Shown one piece after another: positions 17,822-26,068 of a stretch of DNA of 64,000 nucleotides. Origin of the DNA: Myxococcota bacterium (GTDB lineage Bacteria > Myxococcota_A > Polyangia > Nannocystales > Nannocystaceae); NCBI GenBank assembly GCA_039028615.1, contig JBCCHT010000049.1, positions 1-64,000 of the forward strand. Reading direction: 5' to 3'. Each line of letters starts with the position of its first letter. Position 1 is the first letter of the stretch. The position numbers and the translations under genes are program-made. The notes under the pieces were generated by a model that did no database searches, was not told the origin of the DNA, and was given only the letters and a program-made list of their open reading frames with translations.

Positions 17822-18442
17822 ATGCTGGATATCGAAGAAGTGAACCTGCTGCAGTACGCCGACGCTCCCGACGACGACGAAGCGATCATCGACTGGGACG
17901 ACGAGGCCATCATCGACTGGGACGACGAAGCGATCATCGACTGGGACGACGAGGCCATCATCGACTGGGACGACGAGAGCGCGGAGCGTCGTCGCCGAGG
18001 CCGAGGTCGCCGAAGCCGTCGCGGACCCGCCCGTGGCCGCGGCTATACCCGGCCCCGCGCGTCCAGCCGCCGCAGCGCGTCGCAGCGCGACGTTCAGCTC
18101 GCGCTGGGCCGAGTCGCCAAGGACATCCGCAAGAACGCCAGCTTCGCCCGCTCGGTCGACCGTCGCGTCACCGCGCTCGGCCGCAAGACCGCCAAGGAGC
18201 TGAAGAAGATCCAGGACGAGCTGCAGAACAACCAGCAGATGGCCCTGCTCACCACCATGCTCTCGAGCGGCAAGAAGACCTACGACATCGTCTCTTCCGA
18301 CGAGGACAACAAGCAGATCGTGCTCGACGAGGTCGAGGACAAGTTCTCGCAGCTGCTCCCGCTGCTGGCCAACAACAAGGGCGGCAAGGGGCTCTCCGAC
18401 AACCCCATGATGCTCATGCTGATGCTGGACGCCTTCAAGTAG
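17822..18442 (+). CDS. Hypothetical protein (operon gene 3): acidic repeat leader, Arg-rich tract, coiled coil, Met/Leu-rich C-terminus
   Basis: ATG 17822; (DDEAIIDW)x4-DDESAE-RRRRGRGRRSRRG...KELKKIQDELQNNQQ...NPMMLMLMLDAFK; strong GC3 bias. Confidence 0.8.
   Translation: MLDIEEVNLLQYADAPDDDEAIIDWDDEAIIDWDDEAIIDWDDEAIIDWDDESAERRRRGRGRRSRRGPARGRGYTRPRASSRRSASQRDVQLALGRVAKDIRKNASFARSVDRRVTALGRKTAKELKKIQDELQNNQQMALLTTMLSSGKKTYDIVSSDEDNKQIVLDEVEDKFSQLLPLLANNKGGKGLSDNPMMLMLMLDAFK
17873..17977 (+). repeat. 24-nt coding tandem repeat, 4 full copies plus a partial (DDEAIIDW)
   Basis: GACGACGAAGCGATCATCGACTGG alternates with GACGACGAGGCCATCATCGACTGG, forming an exact 48-nt unit present twice. Confidence 0.95.
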
Positions 18443-18451
18443 GAGTGAGTC

Positions 18452-18730
18452 ATGAACCTGTTGTTCCTACAAACGATGCGCCTGCAGAAGATGGGCCTGT
18501 CGACCTCCGAGGCGATCAAGACCGCCTACCTCGGCAAGATGATCGCGGGCGACGACGTCGGCATGTCCTTCTTCGTCACCGAGACCCTCGGCCGACGAGC
18601 CCTCGAAGACGACAAACCAAGCGTAGAGCCGCGCGACGAGCAGCCGCGCGACGAAGAAGTGCCCGACGGCAGCACCACGCCGGACGGCGGAACCGGAGCC
18701 GAGCCGATCGGAGTGGTCGGTCGCGACTGA
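18452..18730 (+). CDS. Small hypothetical protein (operon gene 4)
   Basis: AGGAG Shine-Dalgarno at 18441-18445 overlapping the previous stop; hydrophobic/helical N-half and acidic disordered tail. Confidence 0.7.
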   Translation: MNLLFLQTMRLQKMGLSTSEAIKTAYLGKMIAGDDVGMSFFVTETLGRRALEDDKPSVEPRDEQPRDEEVPDGSTTPDGGTGAEPIGVVGRD

Positions 18731-18751
18731 CCGCCGGACTGGACGCGAGAC

Positions 18752-21700
18752 ATGACCATGGACCCGGGCCTCCGAGAGCTCCTGCACGGTAACGCGGACG
18801 AAGACGTCGCCGTCCTCGTTCGTCGCCGACCAGGCACGTCGCTCCCTGCGGGGGTCCGGGTCGTCGCTCAGCTGGGCGACATCGCGAGCGTCCGACTGCC
18901 TCGACGTCGACTCGTGGAGACCCACGGGTCGGAGGCGGTCGCGAGCATGAAACCACCACGACCGGTGGCGTGGGAGCGCAGCCCCGACGAAGGGCCGCAC
19001 CCGTCGAAGTCCCGGACGCACGCCCGGCCTCGTCACCCCGGTACGTCGCAGACCGGGGCAGGGGTCGTCGTTGCGCTGGCAGACTGGGGCCTGGACCCCT
19101 GGTTGCCCAACTTTCGCCATCCCGACGGGAGCACGCGCCTTCGCTGGCTGTGGAACCAGCGCGAGCCCTGGGATGGTCACAATCGCTACCAGCGGGGCCG
19201 CGTGTACTCGCGCGAGGAGATCGACGCGGCGCTCCGGGGGGAGCCGGGCTTCGAGCAGCTGCGCGAGGTGGCCACCCTCGGCGGGCCCGAGGGCAACCAT
19301 GGCACCCACGTCGCCGACATTGCGGCGGGCCGAGCCGTAGCGGGGGCTGGCGGGGTCGCGCCCGAGGCCGAGCTCGTGTTCGTGCAGATGGGCCCCTCCG
19401 CTCGCCACCCGCAGCAAGATTTTGGCGACTCGGTCAGCGTGGTCGAGGCGGTGCACTTCATGCTCGACCGCACCGAGGGTCGCCCCTGCGTCATCAACCT
19501 GAGCATGGGTCGGCAGGGCGGAGGCCACGACGGGCAGAGCCCGGCCGAGCAGGCCCTCGATGCGGCAGCGCGCTCGCGCCCGGGCGTATGCATCGTACAG
19601 AGCGCGGGCAACTACCTCGACCTGGGGCACCACGCATCGGGCTGGCTCGAGCACGAGCCGCATGACCTCGACTGGCAGGTGCGGCGCGAGGACGACACGC
19701 GCTCGGAGCTCGAGGTCTGGTACTCGGGCCGCGATCGCTTCGGGCTGGAGCTGCGAGCGCCCGATGGTCGCGTCGCGGGTCGCTTTGGCCTGGGAGAGCA
19801 CGGGCCGATCCGCGAAGGGTCGCGCGTGGTCGGTCGCGCCTACCACCGCGCGTTCGATCCCAACAACGGCGATCACCACATCGACATCTTTCTCGAGCCC
19901 AATGCGACCCGGGGGGCGTGGCGCGTCACGCTTTTTGGCGAGCAGATCGAGTCGGGGCGCTTCCACGCGTGGATCGAGCGCGAGCCCGGCTCGCGGAGGC
20001 TCCAGAGTCGCTTCCGTCGGGCGCAAGCCAACCCGCGCGCCACCATCGGCACCATCGCCAATGGTCGCGAGACCATCGTGGTTGGGGCTTACGAGGCCAT
20101 GCCGGACGCGATCGAGCCCGCCGGGTTCAGCAGCGCGGGGCCGACTCGTGACGGTCGACCCAAGCCCGACCTGGTGGCGCCCGGCGTGGACCAGTGGGCC
20201 TCGCGGTCCAATCCGAAGAATGCTGGCCAGGCGCTCGTGTCCAAGTTCGGCACCAGCATGGCCGCGCCGCACGTGGCGGGGACGGCCGCCCTGATGCTGC
20301 AAGCCAACCCGACGCTCGATGCCCGACAGATCCGCCGGATCCTCGTGGACACCACCCGTCATCGCGAGGCCGCGGCCGGTCGACGTCTGCGCATGGGCGC
20401 GGGCGCGCTCGATTCTGCCGCGGCCGTCGCGGTCGCTCGCGACCTCGCCCCCCAAGGAGCCACCATGCCCGGAGTTTCCCTGCACCCCTCGTTGCCTCTC
20501 GCGCTCGCGGCCCCTCATCGTGCGCTGCCGGTCGAGCTCGAGGAAGACGACGCTCCGCCGCCGCGGCTGCGCATCGCCGATCTGCCCGAGGCCGAGCCCG
20601 CCTTCACCGCGAAGCTCGATCCCGACGACCTGCCCTACGCCATCCTGCAGCAGCTACCGGAACAGCAGCCCTCGGTGCGCGTGGTCGCCCATCACGAAGA
20701 GGGCACGCTGCGCTTGTTCCTCGTGGCACCGCAGGCTACCCGTGGCGTGCTGATCGAGGTCGACCTGAAGCAGGTCGCCGCTCGAGTCGCTCGCATCGGC
20801 CGGGCCGCGGTCGCTCCGATTCGGCGCTACCTCAGCCGCAGCCGCAAGGGGGGCTCATCGATCTTCAAGTCGTTGCCGGGGCGGTTCGTTCGGGTCTGGC
20901 TGGGGCCGGGCAAGGCCGATCGCAGCTTCGCCGTCTTCGACCTCGTGCGCGTGGTCCTCGGCCTGGCGAAGGGCAGCTACGCCGGGTTCCAGCCGGTCGA
21001 GGCCAACCTCGATCTCGGCGCCACCGGGGCGGCGATGCTCTATCGCGGCAAGACCCTCGACAAGGCGGCCGCGTTCGCCCTGGGCGGCGAGGAAATCGGG
21101 TCCTTCGAGCTCGAGTCGGCGCAGGTTCGGCAGCAGGTCTTGCAAGAGTCCGAGGGCGACGCGATCTGGGTGACGGTGTTTCGAGGCGAGGGCACGCTGG
21201 CCGTCGCGATCGCCTCGAACGAGGACTCCACGCGGGGGCTGGTGGTCCGCATCGGTGTTCGCTCGCTGATGGAGCGCATCGGCAAGGCCCTGCGGTGGCT
21301 GGGCAAGGTCGGCCGCACGTTGCTCGAAAAACTGCGCGCGCTGGTCGAGTCGGCGGGGCGCGTGCTGGCCAAGGTCAAGGACGCGCTGCTGCGCTTGAAG
21401 CTGCCCGGGGGCAAGGGCGGGGGTGGCTTCCTCGAGTTCGATCTCGAGCTGGCGCTGCCCCGGTTGGCGCTCAGCGGCTTCGACCTGCGCGGGCTGTTGC
21501 CCACCGGGTTCCGCATCGGTGACCGGGGCGGAAGCTTGTTCTCGCTGCCGAAGATCCCGTGGCGGCGAATCGACCTGGGGAGCTTCGACTTGGGGGGCCT
21601 CGGCCTGCGGGGGGACTTTCTGCGGGGGCTGTCGGACTACCTGCGTGGGCTCGGCCTCGGTCGCGGGGGCGGCGGGTCGTTTCAGTGGCCCAACGTGCGG

Positions 21701-24700
21701 CTGTTCGCGGTGGACCTCGACCGTTGGATCTTCGAGTTGTCGCTCGATCTGTCGGGGCTGTGGCCGGGCGGAGGCAAGCGCGAGACCGGCTTCACCTTCG
21801 ACCTCGGCGCGATCCTGCGACGCATCGCGGGCCGGAGTGCGCAGCTGGCCGCCCGCATCGGCGCGCTGGTGAAAAAGGCGATCGACAAGATCAAACAGCG
21901 CTGCTCGGTCGGCCTCGACGGGATCTTGCGCGTGCTCCTGGGGGCGAAGCCCGAGCCCGACGGCGCGCGGGTGGGCATCGATCTCAAGCGCTTGTTCGAC
22001 GGCGCGGACTTGGAAGATCTGATCCCGGTGGAGCTGCACCTCGCCCACTCGATGGCGACGCTGAGCTACGGCCAGGCCAGCCCTCCGGCGAAGTTCCGCG
22101 GCGGTCCCCCGGTCATCGTGCGCATGCCCGGGGAGGACGCGGGCGAGCCCGAGCATCAGACCACGATGAAGGTGCCGCGTGCGCTGGGGCGTCGACTGAG
22201 GGTCCCCGCCGACACCAAGGTCGCGCTGCAGGTGTTCTCCGGCGACACGCACCTCGACGTGTTCGGTCGGCTGAGCTCGGGGCAAGGCCTGTCGCTGTCG
22301 CTGCCCTTGGTCCAGTGGAAATCGGGGACGGCGACCCGGCTGTTCGAGCTGACCCCGCGCCAGTCGCAGTGGCTCGACGTCATTCCCGATCTCGAGGGCC
22401 TGTATGTCGGCTGGGACGGCACCACGGGAGACGCCGCTCCGGTCTTCGTGCGCTACCACTGGGGCACGATCCTCTCCATCGCGGGCGGCGAGACCGACCT
22501 GGCCGCGCTCGTGCCCGACGAGTTTCGGATCGAGCGAAAGACCTTGAGCCTCGTCGTGGCCGGCAAGAAGCGGGAGATCAAGAAGCTTCCGCTCGGGGGC
22601 ATCGCGCGGCCCGTAGCCAAGCTGCCCAAGGTCGTTCGCGATGCGCTGTCGTCGGTGGGTATCACCTCCAAGCACATCGTGCGGGTGGATGCGGCGCGCG
22701 GGCAGATCGAGGAGGACGGCGGGGCGACGGCACTGAAGCTCCGTGCGGCGGTCTATCGCCCCACGACGGAGGGCTACACGGGAGCGGAGCTGAAGCTCGA
22801 TGTCGACTTCGCGTCGCTCGTCGGCAAGTTCCTGGGCAATCGCACCGTGCAGAAGGTTCGGGCCAAGGCTTCGTCGCTGAAGCGGCCGCCGCTGAGCGTT
22901 CACGTGGCCGACGGCATGGCCCAGGTGCAGTACCGCTACGCCAAGAAGGGTGAGACGGCCGAGCTGTCGGCGAGCTGGAGCCTCGGGCGCCTGGTTACGA
23001 TTTTGCTCGAGTACGACGAGATCCTCGAGCATCCGACCCGGCTGGCCCCCGACAAGATCGTTGGGTCGCTCTCCAATGGCAAGTGGACGGTGTCCTTCCA
23101 GGGCGGCACGACCAAGGCCAACCCCGCCGGGATGTCGCTGCCGCTGGGCAGCACGCCGGGGCTGACCGAGGCGGTGGGCTTGGTGCTCAGCCCCGAGGTC
23201 CTCGATCGCAGCACGCTGTACCTGAACATCGACAAGTCCGATCTGGCCGAGCGGGCGGCCACGGCGGTGGCCCAGTGGGAACCGCTGCGGCTCGCCGATG
23301 CGGTCATCGTGACCAAGGGCCGTGATGCGTCCAAGGCGTTCGGCGTGAGCGTGAGCCTCGAGCCCGGCGCGGTGCTGGACCTCATCTCCGCCATCCCCCT
23401 GGGGTTTTGGATCAAGGCGGCGCGCAAGTTCTTCGAGTTCGCCAAGAACCCGGAGGAGGCCGTCGACAGCGTGTTCTACGGCTCCATGGGCGTCTACGAG
23501 GCGCTGCGGGCGATCTGGTCGGGCGACGTGGATTTCTCCAGCCTGAGCGGCGGCGACATCGGGCTGCTGGCCATCACCGCCCTCGATGCCGACATGGAGT
23601 ACCTGGTCGCGGTGGCGCGGACGACCCGACGCCTGCGCGAGACCGGCTTCATCACCAAGGCCGACCTGAAGGACGCCAAGCAGAACGCGGCGGACTACGC
23701 CAAGCACGACCAGGAAAAGATGCGGGAGTTCATCGCCCGCGTGGCCTCGATGTCCGACAAGCAGCTGCGCCGCCTCGGTCGCGTGCGCAAGGAGATCGGC
23801 AACGACGATGTGTTCAACCAGCTGGTGACGTGGTCGGATAGCCTGCCTCCGCAGGTGGTGCCGAAGCTGCAAGCCATCGACAAGGCGCTCGAGCAGATGG
23901 GCTGGGTCGCCGACTTCTCCCACTTGGCCGATGGCTTCGATCCCGCGGTCGCGGCGGATCGCGTGGGCGACATGCTGGTGGTGGCCGAGCGGATCGAGGC
24001 GGCCTCCACCGCGGCCGAGCTCCGCAAGGTGCTCCAGGAGGCGGGGTTCGGTCCGAAGGAGGCCTTGCGACGGGCACGAGAGGCCTACGACACGCGTCGG
24101 GGCAAAGGGCCCACGCCGAAGGCGGACCCGCTCGATCGCTACGCGGAGCTGAACGCCGACCAGCTGCTCGAGCTGCTCAGGGAGGGCTTCGTCTCCATCC
24201 CCAAGCCCCCCGACGGCATCGAGATCGTCGTCCTCGACTCCGCCCACGAGCAGGCGGTGGCCCAGCTGCTGGTGAGCAAGCTCGAAGAGGGCAGCGCCAC
24301 GGGCCCAGGCGGGAAGCCGGGCAAAGGCAAGGGCAAGGGCCTCGGACCCAAAGACGGCACGCCCGTGCAGGCGGCGGCGTTGCTGGCTCAGATTCGCTTC
24401 AACGATCGCAAAGCCAAGGCGAGAGAACTCGCCAAGGACTCACGGCTGACCGCGCGACAGATCTTGATCGCGCAGTACTGGAACCCGCGCTGGTACAACG
24501 AGCACGGGGTTGGCCCCAAGGACTTCGACGCGCCGAACCTGCACGTGCAATCGGGTTCCTATGCGGTGTTCATGGCGGAGTGGCAGTCCATGGCGGGCGT
24601 CCGGCCCACCGACGGCATCGCGGGCGACGACACGGTGGCGCGGCTCCGCCAGCTCAAAGAGGGGCTGAAGGGCACCAAGGGCAAGGGCCCGGGCAAGAAG

Positions 24701-25426
24701 GGCGAGGGCAAGCCGGACGAGTTCAACGGCAAGAAGGCGGCGCTGAAGCGCAAGCCGGGCTCGCTCATGAAGATCAAGTCCAAGATCATCATGGCCGCGG
24801 TGAAATGGGACCCCGCCTCGAAGCGCCCGGTGCTGAACGGAGACATGGGCGAAGCCTCGAAGTGGCAGAAGTTCGTGCTGCCCCAGCGTGGGTTCGCGCC
24901 GAAGGTCTCCGAGGTCGAGCTGTACACCCGTGATGCGACCGTGCCCGGCGGGCCGAAGACGATCTTCTTCCAGCTTCGTTTCCGCCTCGTGTTCCTGGCC
25001 ACCACGGACAACGGCGAGCGGATCCCCTGGGGGCGAGACATTCGAATCGGTCGCTTCGTGTTCCTGCCGAACATCCACGGGGAGGGCAACCACCAGATGG
25101 TTCGCCAGGAGACCCTGAAGCTGAGCCCGGCCTTCCACCGCGCCATCGACTTTTCCGACTTGAACGACCCCATTCGCGACACCACCGTTCGCTTCCACAT
25201 GAGCGACGGACCTGTGGAGTGGACGATCGACAACCTCGTGCTGCTCGATACGGGCGAGGACAAAGGCGGCCGCTACCACGACTTCACCGTCGACGTCACA
25301 CCGACGAAGCTGAAGAGCGGGCTCATGACCCTGTGGGATCACGTAACGGAAGGCTATCGGGTGATGCAGCTCGGTCAGGTGAGCCCCGCGGTGCGGCTGA
25401 AGGTCTACGAGCCCAAGCCCAAATGA
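18752..25426 (+). CDS. 2224-aa protein: N-terminal S8 subtilase (CspA-like, with insert) fused to about 1650 aa of unknown function with a late peptidoglycan-binding-like motif
   Basis: Triad D111 (ALADWGLD), H183 (NHGTHVADIAAG), S502 (GTSMAAPHVAG); SAGN oxyanion; FRHPDGSTRLRWLWNQ; FSSAGPTRDGRPKPDLVAPG; later AEWQSMAGVRPTDGIAGDDTVARL. No signal peptide seen. Confidence 0.85.
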   Translation: MTMDPGLRELLHGNADEDVAVLVRRRPGTSLPAGVRVVAQLGDIASVRLPRRRLVETHGSEAVASMKPPRPVAWERSPDEGPHPSKSRTHARPRHPGTSQTGAGVVVALADWGLDPWLPNFRHPDGSTRLRWLWNQREPWDGHNRYQRGRVYSREEIDAALRGEPGFEQLREVATLGGPEGNHGTHVADIAAGRAVAGAGGVAPEAELVFVQMGPSARHPQQDFGDSVSVVEAVHFMLDRTEGRPCVINLSMGRQGGGHDGQSPAEQALDAAARSRPGVCIVQSAGNYLDLGHHASGWLEHEPHDLDWQVRREDDTRSELEVWYSGRDRFGLELRAPDGRVAGRFGLGEHGPIREGSRVVGRAYHRAFDPNNGDHHIDIFLEPNATRGAWRVTLFGEQIESGRFHAWIEREPGSRRLQSRFRRAQANPRATIGTIANGRETIVVGAYEAMPDAIEPAGFSSAGPTRDGRPKPDLVAPGVDQWASRSNPKNAGQALVSKFGTSMAAPHVAGTAALMLQANPTLDARQIRRILVDTTRHREAAAGRRLRMGAGALDSAAAVAVARDLAPQGATMPGVSLHPSLPLALAAPHRALPVELEEDDAPPPRLRIADLPEAEPAFTAKLDPDDLPYAILQQLPEQQPSVRVVAHHEEGTLRLFLVAPQATRGVLIEVDLKQVAARVARIGRAAVAPIRRYLSRSRKGGSSIFKSLPGRFVRVWLGPGKADRSFAVFDLVRVVLGLAKGSYAGFQPVEANLDLGATGAAMLYRGKTLDKAAAFALGGEEIGSFELESAQVRQQVLQESEGDAIWVTVFRGEGTLAVAIASNEDSTRGLVVRIGVRSLMERIGKALRWLGKVGRTLLEKLRALVESAGRVLAKVKDALLRLKLPGGKGGGGFLEFDLELALPRLALSGFDLRGLLPTGFRIGDRGGSLFSLPKIPWRRIDLGSFDLGGLGLRGDFLRGLSDYLRGLGLGRGGGGSFQWPNVRLFAVDLDRWIFELSLDLSGLWPGGGKRETGFTFDLGAILRRIAGRSAQLAARIGALVKKAIDKIKQRCSVGLDGILRVLLGAKPEPDGARVGIDLKRLFDGADLEDLIPVELHLAHSMATLSYGQASPPAKFRGGPPVIVRMPGEDAGEPEHQTTMKVPRALGRRLRVPADTKVALQVFSGDTHLDVFGRLSSGQGLSLSLPLVQWKSGTATRLFELTPRQSQWLDVIPDLEGLYVGWDGTTGDAAPVFVRYHWGTILSIAGGETDLAALVPDEFRIERKTLSLVVAGKKREIKKLPLGGIARPVAKLPKVVRDALSSVGITSKHIVRVDAARGQIEEDGGATALKLRAAVYRPTTEGYTGAELKLDVDFASLVGKFLGNRTVQKVRAKASSLKRPPLSVHVADGMAQVQYRYAKKGETAELSASWSLGRLVTILLEYDEILEHPTRLAPDKIVGSLSNGKWTVSFQGGTTKANPAGMSLPLGSTPGLTEAVGLVLSPEVLDRSTLYLNIDKSDLAERAATAVAQWEPLRLADAVIVTKGRDASKAFGVSVSLEPGAVLDLISAIPLGFWIKAARKFFEFAKNPEEAVDSVFYGSMGVYEALRAIWSGDVDFSSLSGGDIGLLAITALDADMEYLVAVARTTRRLRETGFITKADLKDAKQNAADYAKHDQEKMREFIARVASMSDKQLRRLGRVRKEIGNDDVFNQLVTWSDSLPPQVVPKLQAIDKALEQMGWVADFSHLADGFDPAVAADRVGDMLVVAERIEAASTAAELRKVLQEAGFGPKEALRRAREAYDTRRGKGPTPKADPLDRYAELNADQLLELLREGFVSIPKPPDGIEIVVLDSAHEQAVAQLLVSKLEEGSATGPGGKPGKGKGKGLGPKDGTPVQAAALLAQIRFNDRKAKARELAKDSRLTARQILIAQYWNPRWYNEHGVGPKDFDAPNLHVQSGSYAVFMAEWQSMAGVRPTDGIAGDDTVARLRQLKEGLKGTKGKGPGKKGEGKPDEFNGKKAALKRKPGSLMKIKSKIIMAAVKWDPASKRPVLNGDMGEASKWQKFVLPQRGFAPKVSEVELYTRDATVPGGPKTIFFQLRFRLVFLATTDNGERIPWGRDIRIGRFVFLPNIHGEGNHQMVRQETLKLSPAFHRAIDFSDLNDPIRDTTVRFHMSDGPVEWTIDNLVLLDTGEDKGGRYHDFTVDVTPTKLKSGLMTLWDHVTEGYRVMQLGQVSPAVRLKVYEPKPK

Positions 25427-25489
25427 GCCGCTCGGCCGCCTTCGTCGAGCCTGGCGCTGGCGGTCCCTCGGCGCGTACCATCGGGGACC

Positions 25490-26059
25490 ATGCCCGAACC
25501 GCAGCGGGTCAAGATCGCGTTCATCGGCAGTCACGGCGTCGGCAAGACCACGCTGTGCTACGGCTTGGCCGCGCGGCTCAAGGCCCGCGACGTCTCGCTC
25601 GAGGTCGTGCACGAGGTCGCTCGCCAGTGCCCGCTGCCCATCAATGAGCAGACGGGCGTGGCTTCGCAGTCGTGGATCTTGCACACGCAGGTGGCGGCCG
25701 AGATCCTCGCGGCCGAGCGCTATCCCGCGGTGGTCTGCGACCGCAGCGTGCTCGACAACTACGTCTACATGCTGCTGGCGGCGGGGCGGCAGCGGGCGCT
25801 CGACGGCATGGTCGACGCGTGGATGGACACCTACGACTTGCTGGTGCTGGTGCCGATCATCGACGAGCCGAGCCCCGATGGATTGCGGGCCACCGACCCG
25901 AGCTTTCAGCGGGCGGTGGAGGACGGCGTGCGTCGTGAACTGGCGCGCCGCGAGATCGAGGCGATGGAGCTCGATCCGAGCAATCGAGACGGCTGGCTGT
26001 CGCGGGTGGAGACCGAGGTCATGACCCGCCTCGCGCCGCCGCAGCTGCCGCTGCTGTAA
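25490..26059 (+). CDS. P-loop ATPase/kinase, AAA_28 (NadR-like) family
   Basis: KIAFIGSHGVGKTT Walker A; EVAR; VVCDRSVLDNYVY; YDLLVLVP...DGLR. Confidence 0.8.
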   Translation: MPEPQRVKIAFIGSHGVGKTTLCYGLAARLKARDVSLEVVHEVARQCPLPINEQTGVASQSWILHTQVAAEILAAERYPAVVCDRSVLDNYVYMLLAAGRQRALDGMVDAWMDTYDLLVLVPIIDEPSPDGLRATDPSFQRAVEDGVRRELARREIEAMELDPSNRDGWLSRVETEVMTRLAPPQLPLL

Positions 26060-26068
26060 CGCCGCGGG

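Noticed and set aside
17873..17977. 24-nt repeats as a CRISPR array
   Set aside because: The units are contiguous with no spacers, in frame, vary only at synonymous positions, and no cas genes are present.
20855..24247. 1130-aa ORF antisense to the giant subtilase fusion as an overlapping gene
   Set aside because: Its composition matches the other antisense shadows here (2811-6047, 36893-39823, 44651-46753, 50015-52150, 61810-63669) and it has no recognisable motifs.
16646..25426. The operon as a prophage remnant or a classical RiPP cluster
   Set aside because: No capsid, terminase, integrase or tail motifs were recognised, and no LanB/C/M, YcaO, radical SAM or ABC exporter gene is adjacent. 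It is kept as an unknown system instead.
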